A stretch of DNA of 63,572 nucleotides, the filler included, from Stramenopiles sp. TOSAG23-2 (lineage: Eukaryota), in assembly GCA_900128395.1 (NCBI GenBank). It is 6 parts of 6 records of this genome, joined end to end, with 100 filler letters (N's around TTAATTAATTAA, not from the genome) between each part and the next. Parts side by side here need not be neighbours in the genome. Positions count along the whole stretch, not along the records: positions 31,942 to 42,422 come from LT650012.1; positions 42,523 to 52,997 come from LT650013.1; 4 more parts are not named here. One strand, written 5' to 3'. Numbering within the stretch: position 1 is the first letter of the stretch; each line of letters starts with the position of its first letter. Made by a program: the position numbers and the translations under genes. The notes beneath the pieces were generated by a model. It had not been told where the DNA came from. It ran no database searches and was given only the letters and a program-made list of their open reading frames with translations. Shown here one piece after another: positions 31,975 through 42,717 of the stretch.

Positions 31975-33480
31975 GGTAAAGATGTAAAATCATTAGTTCA
32001 AACGCATACGTCGTATGTTGGAAGAATGGCCACTTTGCCTGAATGGGTCAATAAAGGTGGTGCCGTTGTTGGATGGGAAGGAGGTACACGTCAAGTCCAA
32101 TCCTTATTGGCAAAATTGCAAGAATTTAATGTATCGATCGCCGCATTTTGGTTACAAGATTGGAGTGGTGTTCGAAGTGATTTTTTTGGCAAACGATTGT
32201 GGTGGAATTGGGAATTAGATGAAATGTGGTATCCAAATTGGTCTGAATTAGCAGCAAATTTAACGAAAGAAAATATTCATTTAACAACATATATGAATCC
32301 ATATTTAGCAAATACCGTAACAAAAAAGAAAAAACATTTTCGACGAGATTTATGGAAAGAAGCTGCAGAACTTGGCTATTTAGTTTTAAATGATCAAAAC
32401 ACGCCATATATACAAAGTTCCGCATCTAAATCCTTTTCATTTTCAACAATTGATTTAACAAATCCAAATGCAAGGGAGTGGACAAAGAAAGTAATACGAT
32501 GCAATATGTTAGGGGATCAAGCTGGTTGCACAGGGAATGCAACAGCAATTGATGGGAAAATGAAAGGTTGGATGTCTGATTTTGGCGAATATTTACCATT
32601 TGATGCCGTTTTACATAGTGGAGAGCCTGCTGCAACGGTACATAATAAATTTCCAGCATTATGGGCACAAACATGCCGTGAAGCGATTAAAGATGCAAAT
32701 TTAGATGGGCAAGTGACGTTTTGGAGTCGCTCTGCAGCTGCAACTTCACCAACGCAAAGTACATTGTTTTGGGCAGGTGATCAATTGACTACGTGGGATT
32801 TTTATGATGGCTTACAAAGTGCTTTACGTGGCATGTTATCCGGTGGCATATCTGGAATGAGTTTATCCCATAGTGATATTGGTGGTTACACCGAAGTTGA
32901 TATATTGAACATTGTTCGTGTATTGCGTACGGAAGAATTATTACAACGTTGGGTGGAAATGGAAGCATTTAGCGGTGCAATGTTTCGCACACATCCAGGA
33001 TTGAAACCATCGAAATCAGCACAGATTGATTCATCTAATTTTACTTTAAAGCATTTTGCATTTTTTTCACATGTACATTCCATTTATGGTGATTATCGTT
33101 TACATTTAATGGAAGAAGATATGAAATTAACCGGTGCTCCATTAGTACGATATATGTTTTATGAATTTCCAAATGATGAAACATGTTGGAAGTTAGAAAA
33201 TCAATTTATGCTTGGTAGTGAATTTTTAATTGCGCCTGTGTTTGAAAAAGATGTTAAAGTGGTACATGTATATTTACCTGAAGGTACGTGGGTACATGTA
33301 TGGAGTAATCAAACGTATGTTCAAAAAAATGGTGGTTATATCAATCAAAATGCACCAATTAAAGAACCGGCTGTTTTTAGAAGAGTCCAACAGCAAGACA
33401 TGATGGAAGAAGAATCAGAAATAATGAAAATAGCACGTGAAACACATGAAAAGTTAATTGATTTATATAAAATATTTTAA
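31975..33480 (+). CDS. GH31 glycoside hydrolase, sulfoquinovosidase (YihQ)-like, 5'-partial
   Basis: WLQDW, FGKRLWWNW, GWMSDFGEYLP (nucleophile Asp), WAGDQ (acid/base Asp), HSDIGGY, FRTH, QFMLG..LIAPV. Confidence 0.88.
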   Translation, partial: GKDVKSLVQTHTSYVGRMATLPEWVNKGGAVVGWEGGTRQVQSLLAKLQEFNVSIAAFWLQDWSGVRSDFFGKRLWWNWELDEMWYPNWSELAANLTKENIHLTTYMNPYLANTVTKKKKHFRRDLWKEAAELGYLVLNDQNTPYIQSSASKSFSFSTIDLTNPNAREWTKKVIRCNMLGDQAGCTGNATAIDGKMKGWMSDFGEYLPFDAVLHSGEPAATVHNKFPALWAQTCREAIKDANLDGQVTFWSRSAAATSPTQSTLFWAGDQLTTWDFYDGLQSALRGMLSGGISGMSLSHSDIGGYTEVDILNIVRVLRTEELLQRWVEMEAFSGAMFRTHPGLKPSKSAQIDSSNFTLKHFAFFSHVHSIYGDYRLHLMEEDMKLTGAPLVRYMFYEFPNDETCWKLENQFMLGSEFLIAPVFEKDVKVVHVYLPEGTWVHVWSNQTYVQKNGGYINQNAPIKEPAVFRRVQQQDMMEEESEIMKIARETHEKLIDLYKIF

Positions 33481-34047
33481 AGGAAAGGGGTCCTACGATT
33501 TAATTTTAATTAGGATCCACAAAAAGGTATATATATGCATAATTCAAAAGTTTTAACGAGCGGTTTGTAAAAAAACAAAGCAAAAATATTATAAATTTTT
33601 TTGTATTTTTTTCAAATTATTAAAAAACATTTAAAACGTGTTAAAATAAAATTAATATGTGTGGTTGGTGCGATACATTATTGTATACGTCGTACAATAT
33701 AAAATACAGTATTATGATATTTACATAATGCATGGTACGTCGTACTTTTTATTTCTCAAAAAATTATTACTGCTGTGTAATGCATACTGCATATAGAACT
33801 ATCTTGAAAATACGGGACACTTTCTCGTTTTTATCAATACATAGCTTTATTAAAAATATGAAAAAAAGAAATATTCTGTCTCTCGGTGGGTTTAAAAATT
33901 CATATTGACACCCGAAGCTTCTACATTATATGACCCACGGCTGGGATAAGATCCGAACGATTTGGATAAAAACACTAATATAGTGATTCATATAATACGA
34001 AAGTATGTATTAAAAAATGCAACAATATTTTTAAAAATTTTAATTTT

Positions 34048-35450
34048 TTATCCCAACAAACCCATCGTTTCTTGATTCTTTTTATTTACATTTTGCGATG
34101 GTAAATTAGGTACAATACCATTCATCTCACGTCTATCGGGTGATATACTAAAATTTTTACCAAACGTATTTCGTTGAAATCTAGCAAAAGAAACCTGTTG
34201 TTGTTGTTCCTCCTCTTGTTGCCGTCGATTTCGTTCATTTACACGCTCAGCATCTAATGTTACCGGTTTTTTTGATAATAATTTCTCACAAAATTCTGCA
34301 TCGATTTGGTACATTTTTTTCATTGTTATTTTACCGCTACTAGTTGTATCCCATGACATAGCTTGATATTTCAAATGTTCAGGAAGATCTTCAATTTGTA
34401 AAAGTGTATTTTCTGTTATAGGCTCATCAGCTTCAACATAATCCTCCTTTTGCAAAGCAAATTTATCAATTACCTTTGTTTTATCTTCATCTCGTATGTC
34501 ACGAAATGATTCATGAAATGCATGTTGCATTTTTGGATTGTATTCCATTTTGAAATTTTTTTTGTGATGACCACTAATCCGTTTTGGATCTATTTTCTCC
34601 AATTCTTCAAATGAAATTGAACCAGATAAATCAGTATCGTACAATTCTGCTTTGTATCTCATTTCCTCTGGTAAATTTTTTATTAATACACCTAAATTTA
34701 AATTTGTTTCATTTGGTTTACTGGCAGATGGTTGAACCAGTTGTATTCCAACTTTTTTTAACTCATTGTGTATTTCTGGCGAAAAGAGCCATTGTATACC
34801 AGAGAAAGAAGCATAATCAACTTCATCTCGCAATACACTAAGGCATTTTCCACTTCCTTTTTCAATTGGAAATTTTACTATATATATATAAATGTATATA
34901 TACACACACAATGTTAGCAAAGATTGTCATGTTTTGTAGTAAAAGATTTTATAATGCTAATATACCAGTAGATAATACACGCACTAGAAACTCTATTTCA
35001 GATTTTACTGGTTCCAAATCGTGTATTATCTACTTATACCTTGTAATACTTACACCATATAGCCATTTCTTCGGCTGTTTGTTTGTTTTCCATATCACGT
35101 GCTGTATCACCGCGAGGCATTCATGGCCGCCGGTTTGTGCAGCTTCAAACAATAATGTAGTATTTGATCCTTCCCACGGTTCAAAAAATTTATTTGGATC
35201 TATCTTTGCCAATCTCGTTGCAACTTCTTCTATTTTCCATGTACCCATCTTGTTTATTAATATATGTAATATATAGAATGTATATATGTATGCATATATG
35301 TATTATATCAATTGTGTGTTAGTAGTGGCATTTCTGCTATAATATTATGAGTGTATATAAACTTACTTTTGTTCCACCTGCACCCGCATAATTAGTGCGT
35401 GCGGCTTTCGCCATTAAATCTGAATGTATAACTGATACTTGCGCACCCAT
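34048..35450 (-). CDS. Three-exon protein with N-myristoylation motif, ankyrin-like segment and EF-hand-like loops
   Basis: Exon 1 35367..35450 (MGAQVS..GGTK|GTAAGT), exon 2 from 35248 after AAG, last exon from about 34877; YDTDLSGSISFEEL and WDTTSSGKIT; exon 2 donor uncertain. Confidence 0.65.
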
Positions 35451-36118
35451 TTTGTTTTCTTACTACTTTGTTTTGAATACGATGTGTTAGTTTGTTTGTA
35501 TGTATGTTCATGTTTGATTCATTTGTTTCAACATGTGATTTGTTTCGCGAATGTGTGAATGTGTGTGTATTTGTTATGTGTATGTGTGCGGTTTCTTTGT
35601 CTCTGTCGTCCGCACGTCCGGCTTAGGCTGTGCTATTTTTACATTTTTTTAGTTTTTTTTTAGTTTTTGCCTCCTGCCTCCTACCTTCTTTTGTGCTATT
35701 CAATTTTGTATTCTAAGGCTGTTACTTGGAAAATTCGAAAGCAGCATCCAGCATCAGCATCAGCAGTTGTTACAGTATTTTATTTTTGAACAAAGAAAAG
35801 TATTATGTAATATGTGGCGTCTGTTATAAGTTCCAGTGTTCAGTACTATACAATTGTCAATTGTACTACTAAAAAAACAAAAAACAATAAGACTGTTACA
35901 TCACATATTAATAATAGAATCATACAGTAACCAATACATCATTGCTTTGACCATTTAAACATTACTAAACATATCGACACAAAATAATATTAAGCTTCAC
36001 CTAAAAAACTTTGCATATTTGTTGTTGTTGCGCTGTTGCTTTCTCTTATTCGTTCTTTATTTTTTCCCTATTTTAAGAGAAGAAGAATACATTATACAAT
36101 TTATAGAATCAACATACA

Positions 36119-39100
36119 ATGATAAATAGTAAAAATAATAATAACAACAACAATAACACTGCACATCCACCGACAACCTCGTCATCTTCTGAAGACACTC
36201 ATTTAATAAACAAAAGTCCAAATAAAAAAAATAGAAAATTAATATCAAGGCGTGAAAAATCAAAAAAAAATAATGGAGGACAAGCAGATCGTATAATATA
36301 TAAACGAAAAGATGCACGTAATATAGCTTTATTATCACCTACCTTACCAATACCAACTAAAATACAAAAAAATATGGAAGAAAAAAATAATGAATATAAA
36401 AATTATACAAAATTTATACAACGAAGAGAAGAGCTAGGCGCAGAAGCAGTATGGCGTGAGCAACATAAAGAAAAAATATTACACAGCAATGGCGATACAA
36501 CTAGATTGAAATTTCGAGCAAGTAATACAAGTCATCATCCAATCAAATTTGAAGAAGAATTTCTACGTGAAAAACGCATTGAAAAAGCTAATAAAAGACT
36601 ATTATTGTTTGATAATTCTAGTTCAACTGATAGTAATGCAACAGCCATCACTTCAGCGCAAACCAACAATGTTTCAATTGATTCTAATAATAAGAAGAAG
36701 AATAAGTTTGAACTTCAAAATGCAATATTTTATTCCGCTGAAACGTATACACGAGATTTTTTAATAAAATTGACGCATGCAGAATTATTGAAAATAAAAC
36801 AGAATTTTTTCTTAAATAAATTGGAAACTGAAAAAGATGACGATGTTTTAGTGAATGTAAATGGTTTTTTAAATGCATTATCAGTAACTTTTATAAATAA
36901 CAATAATCAAATTCATGGTAATAATAATGATATTATGCCGATCGAGCAAGAAATGAATCTTGCAAATGCCAATAATAATAAAAATGAACGAAAAATTATA
37001 TTACAATTATTTGATAGGATAGATATAAATTGTAAAGGAAATATAAGTTGGGATAACTTCATGTCTTATTTAGCTGATAGTGCGGATAACGATGATATAA
37101 TTGAAATGGATCCAATGGGTGGTAATAGTGAAAATGACAGCTACAATCTATTTGAAAGTAAAATCATACCTCCAATATTGAAACTCAAATATGTAGAAGT
37201 ATTGGATTGTGTTATTGGTTATGGAGGTGAAAAAATGGATGGACTTGCTTTTTTCTACAACAACAACAATAATAACAACGATAATAATAGTAATAGTAAT
37301 GACAATACGAGAACAAATGATAGTAACATGGGTGTACAAAATTCAAAAATTATTGGGAAAAAACATGGTAAAGTAATTGCAACATCAGTTGCAACCGAGT
37401 TAAGCTATCTTGTTGTGCATTTTTCCAATTTAACCACAGTTTGCTATGACCTTTTAACGCTAGAGGAAAAGGCAATGGTATCCACATTGTATGAAATATC
37501 ATGTATAGAATATATAAGTGCTCATGACCATACATTCTTAGCTTTAGGTGATGTAACAGGTTCTATGCATTGCTTCGATTTGTGCAATGGCATAAAAATA
37601 AAATCCTTTAAAATTCATGACATGGAAATTTCTCAGTTGATATATTTAAAACGGTTTGATATTGTTTTAACTTGTTCGATGGATGGTTATGTCAAATTTA
37701 AAAAATTAATTCATTTTTCAGATGATTTGAACGGGAAAAAGAAACAGGAGGATAAAGATATTACTGATGTACATGCAGGAAAAAAAGATCCTGTACGATC
37801 ATTTTTTGCACATGATGGTGGTGTGCTAGCCATGCTATATTCAATGGATCCACGTGTTATCATAACATCTGGTGCTGATCGTACCATAAAAGCATGGTCG
37901 CCATATAGTTTAGATGAAGTAGGCAATTTTATGGGGCATATAGAACCAGTACATGACATCGAAATAATAGCAAGTTCACAACGTTTATTAACATTAGATA
38001 CATCTGGTACTATGAAAATTTGGAATTTACAAACATATTTGCCAATTCAATCTATAGCTACAAAATCATCAACCAAGATATCAAAGTTAAACTTAAGGCT
38101 TCCATCGATGACGTATGACATTAAAAATGAAAACATTGTTGTTACAGATAGCGCGTTACTTCGATATCGCTTGGATGCTCCAATATTGAAAAATAAAACG
38201 CATAATTTTCCTGTTTTGTTTCTGAATTTAAGTGTTGAACTTGAAACTATATTAACATGCTCAAAAAGCGAACTAACATTTTGGGATTTAAGTACTGGAA
38301 ATGTTTTAAAAGTTGTTCATGTGAATGATATTTTTAACGATACAAGTGAAACATTAAGTGCAATTTGTTCATTAAATGCGTGTAGAAGGTTAGTACTAGG
38401 AGGAACAAAAGGTTCTATTTATACTATATGTACCAAGACGTCGTTGGTATTAGAAACACTAAAACCTCATGTGTCCGAAATTGTATCGTTAATTTTTTCA
38501 TCCCATGATAATGATGCATTTTTACTATCTTTATCACGGGATGGAAATTTGCGGCGACATGATACTGATAACTTACACCCTGATGTGGAAGTGGATCATA
38601 ATGATGCTCTTTGTCATTGGCTTGGACGTGGGGAGAACGGCTCTTTAAATATCAATGCATTTAAAAATAACGATGTACTAGGTATGGCATATTCTTGGAA
38701 TCTATGTTTAATTGCATCATATGCTTCTGATGGAATTATATGTCTATGGGATGCTGTAACAATGAAAATCGTTGGAATTTGTGACAAAAGCAGGCATTTA
38801 TCCGATATTGCAATGGTAATATTTTTGGATCCATATCCTGCAATCGTTTCAGTTGGTAATGACGGTGTAATGAAGCTATTCACTGTACGCCCACATCATA
38901 TACCATATACATGTGTGATGGAAACATTTAACGATACTTCTGCAATAGCTGCGCCACCATCGGAACAAAGTAAAGAAGAAGAAGAAAATATCGATGATGA
39001 TGATGACGATTATGATGGATTTACTTCCATTGCATGGGATCATGCAAAATTTCAATTAATTACTGGTGATTTAGGTAAGTATTGTACATTTGTTTCTTGT

Positions 39101-40413
39101 ATTCATATATTCATATTCGTTTATTTATTTTTTAGTTAACAAGTCTCTCATAACTAACAATATGATTTTTGCAATATCTCTACATACTTTGAAAAGACGG
39201 TAATATTACCGCGTGGGATGTAAGATGGGCATTGCGAAGTATGAAATTACGTTCGTATTTTCGGGCAGAATCTGAAAAAGTATTGTTAAAGGACGATGAT
39301 GATACATTTGGAAGTGATCATCATGACATTATGAAGACATTTGAACGTGTTGGTTGGATAGAGGATGATATGCTTGGAGTTGATTCTATATCTATTGGTT
39401 TAGATAACTCCATGAAACATGATGGTGATGAAGATTTAGATCAAAATGATAATCTAGAATTGTGGAAAGAGTATCATGGAGATATTAAAGACACGGCAAA
39501 TGATGAGTTGGCAGTTTTTGCTGCTGCCAATTGGAGACAAAAATTGCTTAAAAAAGGAAACACGTCACAAGGTCCTGCCATTGCTTCTAAAAATTCCGAG
39601 ATTACAAATACGAATGGAAAGCCATCATCAACGAATATTGTTTCAAACACAGGATCCTCTATTCAAAGCGCATTAGCTTTATTCAGTGATGTAAATAATG
39701 GTGATCAAGGAAATGAAGAAATTGATTTCATATTACAAGCTGCTCAATCAAAAGATATTTTAAGAAAATTATCCTTTGCCAAATATGGTAAGTTAAAAAA
39801 AACATTCTCAAACACCTACATATTTTGTCCATTTCTTATTAACATAGATGAACGCTTATTTTATCCAATCAATATAGCTTTAAACTCGTCTAGAATATCA
39901 AAATATAGACATGGTACAACTGTAGTACGTAAATTTAAACTATTAAAAACATGGAAAGCGCATACAAATTCAATATCATCTGTATTGTCTTTTCCAAGTA
40001 CTAATATCATTGTCTCATCAAGTTTTGATTGTAAAGCAACAGTTTGGAATTCAAATTATAAAATCAATCTAGGAACATTTTTGCAAGGGGGTCCAACAGC
40101 AAATTGGGGATTTCCTGCAGATCAATGTTTTAGAAAATATCGAGCTAGATCCGATCAACGCTTGGAACGAATTGTTATGAAAAGAAATTCAAAAGGCAAA
40201 CATATTGAATTATCTACATACTTGGATGAGGGTGAAAAAGTTGATGATGATAATAATAAGAAGAATAATTCAAAGGGAGAACGAAGAAAAGGAAATATTG
40301 TTGAGAATAATGACAATGATACACAACCACTTACTAGAACATTTAGAAGGGAACGATTGAAAAATCAAAAGAAGAAGTTCAAAATGGCAATGGCAAAACA
40401 TATGACATTGTAA
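36119..40413 (+). CDS. EF-hand + WD40 protein (WDR49/EFCAB8/WDR64-like); introns 39075..39196 and probably 39788..39877
   Basis: LFDRIDINCKGNISWDNF; many WD repeats; splicing restores LITGDLDGNITAWD; second intron is 90 nt, in frame, GTAAGT..TAG. Confidence 0.85.
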
Positions 40414-40727
40414 ATTACAAACTTTTCGCTGCTGTAATTTGGTTTTCGTTTCTTTCAAGTATATAATACTTTTGTGTGTGGTGTAGTATTAATAGTACTT
40501 GTTATAATACTTATAAATACAGTGTGCCACTAGTATAAATAAACTATAATAATAACTTAAACTACAGGTATATACTGTATAATATAAGAAGAACAAAATG
40601 TAAAAAAGATGAATAAAAATATTTAAATATTTTACAATAAATATATATACATAGACAGACAAACAGAATATTTTATAGAAAACAAATCAATTTTCCAATC
40701 ATCAACTCAACTATTAAATACATATTT

Positions 40728-42164
40728 ATGAAATTTTTATTCCCTTTCGTTTTCATCGTCTTCTATTTTTATGCACCAATAATAAATGCAGCATTAACAA
40801 TAATTCCTTCAAAAAATGATATACTTCAATCAATTAAAATAGCAGCTAATGCTGCGTTGAGAAATCAATACAGTTCTGGTGCAGCAAAATGCGATTACCA
40901 TTTATTGCAATCAAAATGGTTTGATTATGAGCGACTCTGGCATACTGGTCAATTATCACTAGGTCTTTTAAAAGCTGCAATTGTCCTTGGTCCAAATGAT
41001 ATCCAATATAATGATTTCACTCGAAAGGCAATATTGGCTGCAAATTGGTGGATTTATCAAAAAATTGATACAGGACCATGCTCAGGCCTTGTTAATTCAA
41101 CAGATATTGATGAAAATGGATATGGGTGTATAACAGATGCATGCGGTATTACTGAAGACTTAACGGATGTTTCCGATGGATCGCATAGTTTATTTGAAAT
41201 CACTAAGTTTACAAAGAACAATACATATGCTGATATTGCTGCAAATAGTGCAATTTGGCAACTTGAACATATGCAAGTTTCGAATTCAAAACATCCTGGA
41301 CTATACTATAATGTGGTAAACTTGACAACGGGGAATCCAATAACAGAAAATGACCGTGGAACATCGAAATTGGAAAATGTTTCAAGAAGTAATATTGAAG
41401 GGAGTCTATTTTTAGACACTTGTAAATATTTTATGATATCTGAAAGAGAAAACAGTAGTAGAACTTTAAAATTGCATAAAAAATTATGTGATAGTTTTTT
41501 TGAACAGGCAAACGAAACAATTCAACGCCAAGACAAATATGGATTATGGATGCTTTGGACTCCAAACGACTCATCTAACAATAGATTTCATCCACGATTT
41601 AATGTCTGGTATGCCTTATCATTGTTAGATGCTGCTGATTTTCTCAACACTTCATCATATACACATAAATTTTATAATGGAAATAATGGTGCATTAATCA
41701 AATTATATGTAAATGCATCCATTCGAACTGCAGAAACGTATGCATTTGCACAACAAGAATCCGGTACTATTTATTACTGGAATCAATTAGTAGATATAGA
41801 CAAAAGTAAAAATAAATTTAAAGTGGTTCCAGAAAAAAATGCACCATGTGGTTCTGGCGTTGCTGTTTCCTTATCATTATGGTTAAGATTGTATATAAAA
41901 GGTTATGGGGACAAGTTTTCCAGTAACATTATCAAATCTGTCAAATGGTTGATTGAAAATCAATTTTCAGAAACGCATGCGGATTTAAATCTTGCGGGTG
42001 CCTACTTCGAGGTTGGATTTAGAAAAATTGCACATTGGGTTTCGGAAAACACATTAGATGTTGTTCAACGTGATTTAGCAACTAATATAGGATTGCAAGC
42101 ATTGTCTGATTATATAATGTATTGTAACAAAAATCCACGAGATAAAATCATTTGCTTTCAGTAA
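40728..42164 (+). CDS. Secreted protein, probable (alpha/alpha)6 six-hairpin glycosidase-like fold
   Basis: Signal peptide; repeated helical hairpins (AANWWIYQK, SAIWQLEH, SVKWLIENQ, QQESGTIYY). Confidence 0.6.
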   Translation: MKFLFPFVFIVFYFYAPIINAALTIIPSKNDILQSIKIAANAALRNQYSSGAAKCDYHLLQSKWFDYERLWHTGQLSLGLLKAAIVLGPNDIQYNDFTRKAILAANWWIYQKIDTGPCSGLVNSTDIDENGYGCITDACGITEDLTDVSDGSHSLFEITKFTKNNTYADIAANSAIWQLEHMQVSNSKHPGLYYNVVNLTTGNPITENDRGTSKLENVSRSNIEGSLFLDTCKYFMISERENSSRTLKLHKKLCDSFFEQANETIQRQDKYGLWMLWTPNDSSNNRFHPRFNVWYALSLLDAADFLNTSSYTHKFYNGNNGALIKLYVNASIRTAETYAFAQQESGTIYYWNQLVDIDKSKNKFKVVPEKNAPCGSGVAVSLSLWLRLYIKGYGDKFSSNIIKSVKWLIENQFSETHADLNLAGAYFEVGFRKIAHWVSENTLDVVQRDLATNIGLQALSDYIMYCNKNPRDKIICFQ

Positions 42165-42422
42165 AAACTGATATACGAACGTAGGCCTAACTTTGGGATA
42201 AAGCAAAAAAACCTATTTATGCCATAATGTTAAATTATTAAATTTTATTTTTGAGAGATATATAAAAAATAGTTATTGTATCCAATTCTGGTTAGGTAAT
42301 AGTATTAATTATTTCTGGTAATTACACACATATATGTGTTTTTCTCTTACTCATATATTAGTGAATATAACATTATGAGTAAAATAAAATCTTTAACTTA
42401 TAAATAAGAGAATTTTTTTTAT

Positions 42423-42522
42423 NNNNNNNNNNNNNNNNNNNNNNNNNNNNNNNNNNNNNNNNNNNNTTAATTAATTAANNNNNNNNNNNNNNNNNNNNNN
42501 NNNNNNNNNNNNNNNNNNNNNN
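42423..42522. other. Artificial contig linker
   Basis: N44-TTAATTAATTAA-N44. Confidence 0.99.
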
Positions 42523-42717
42523 CAGGTAGTGCAATACATGAAATACAATAGCACGTGCAATACACGATATAATAATAATATGTATTATATTTATAATGTA
42601 TAATGTAATAGAGTATTAAAATAACAACTATAATAAATACACTATATTATTATTTTTAACTTCTTTCCATTACACAATTTGTTTTATAATTGCGTTTATA
42701 TAATTTTTGAAGAAAGA

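Noticed and set aside
8063-33480. Sulfite oxidase plus sulfoquinovosidase as a sulfur gene cluster
   Set aside because: They lie on different contigs; co-occurrence in the window is an artefact of concatenation
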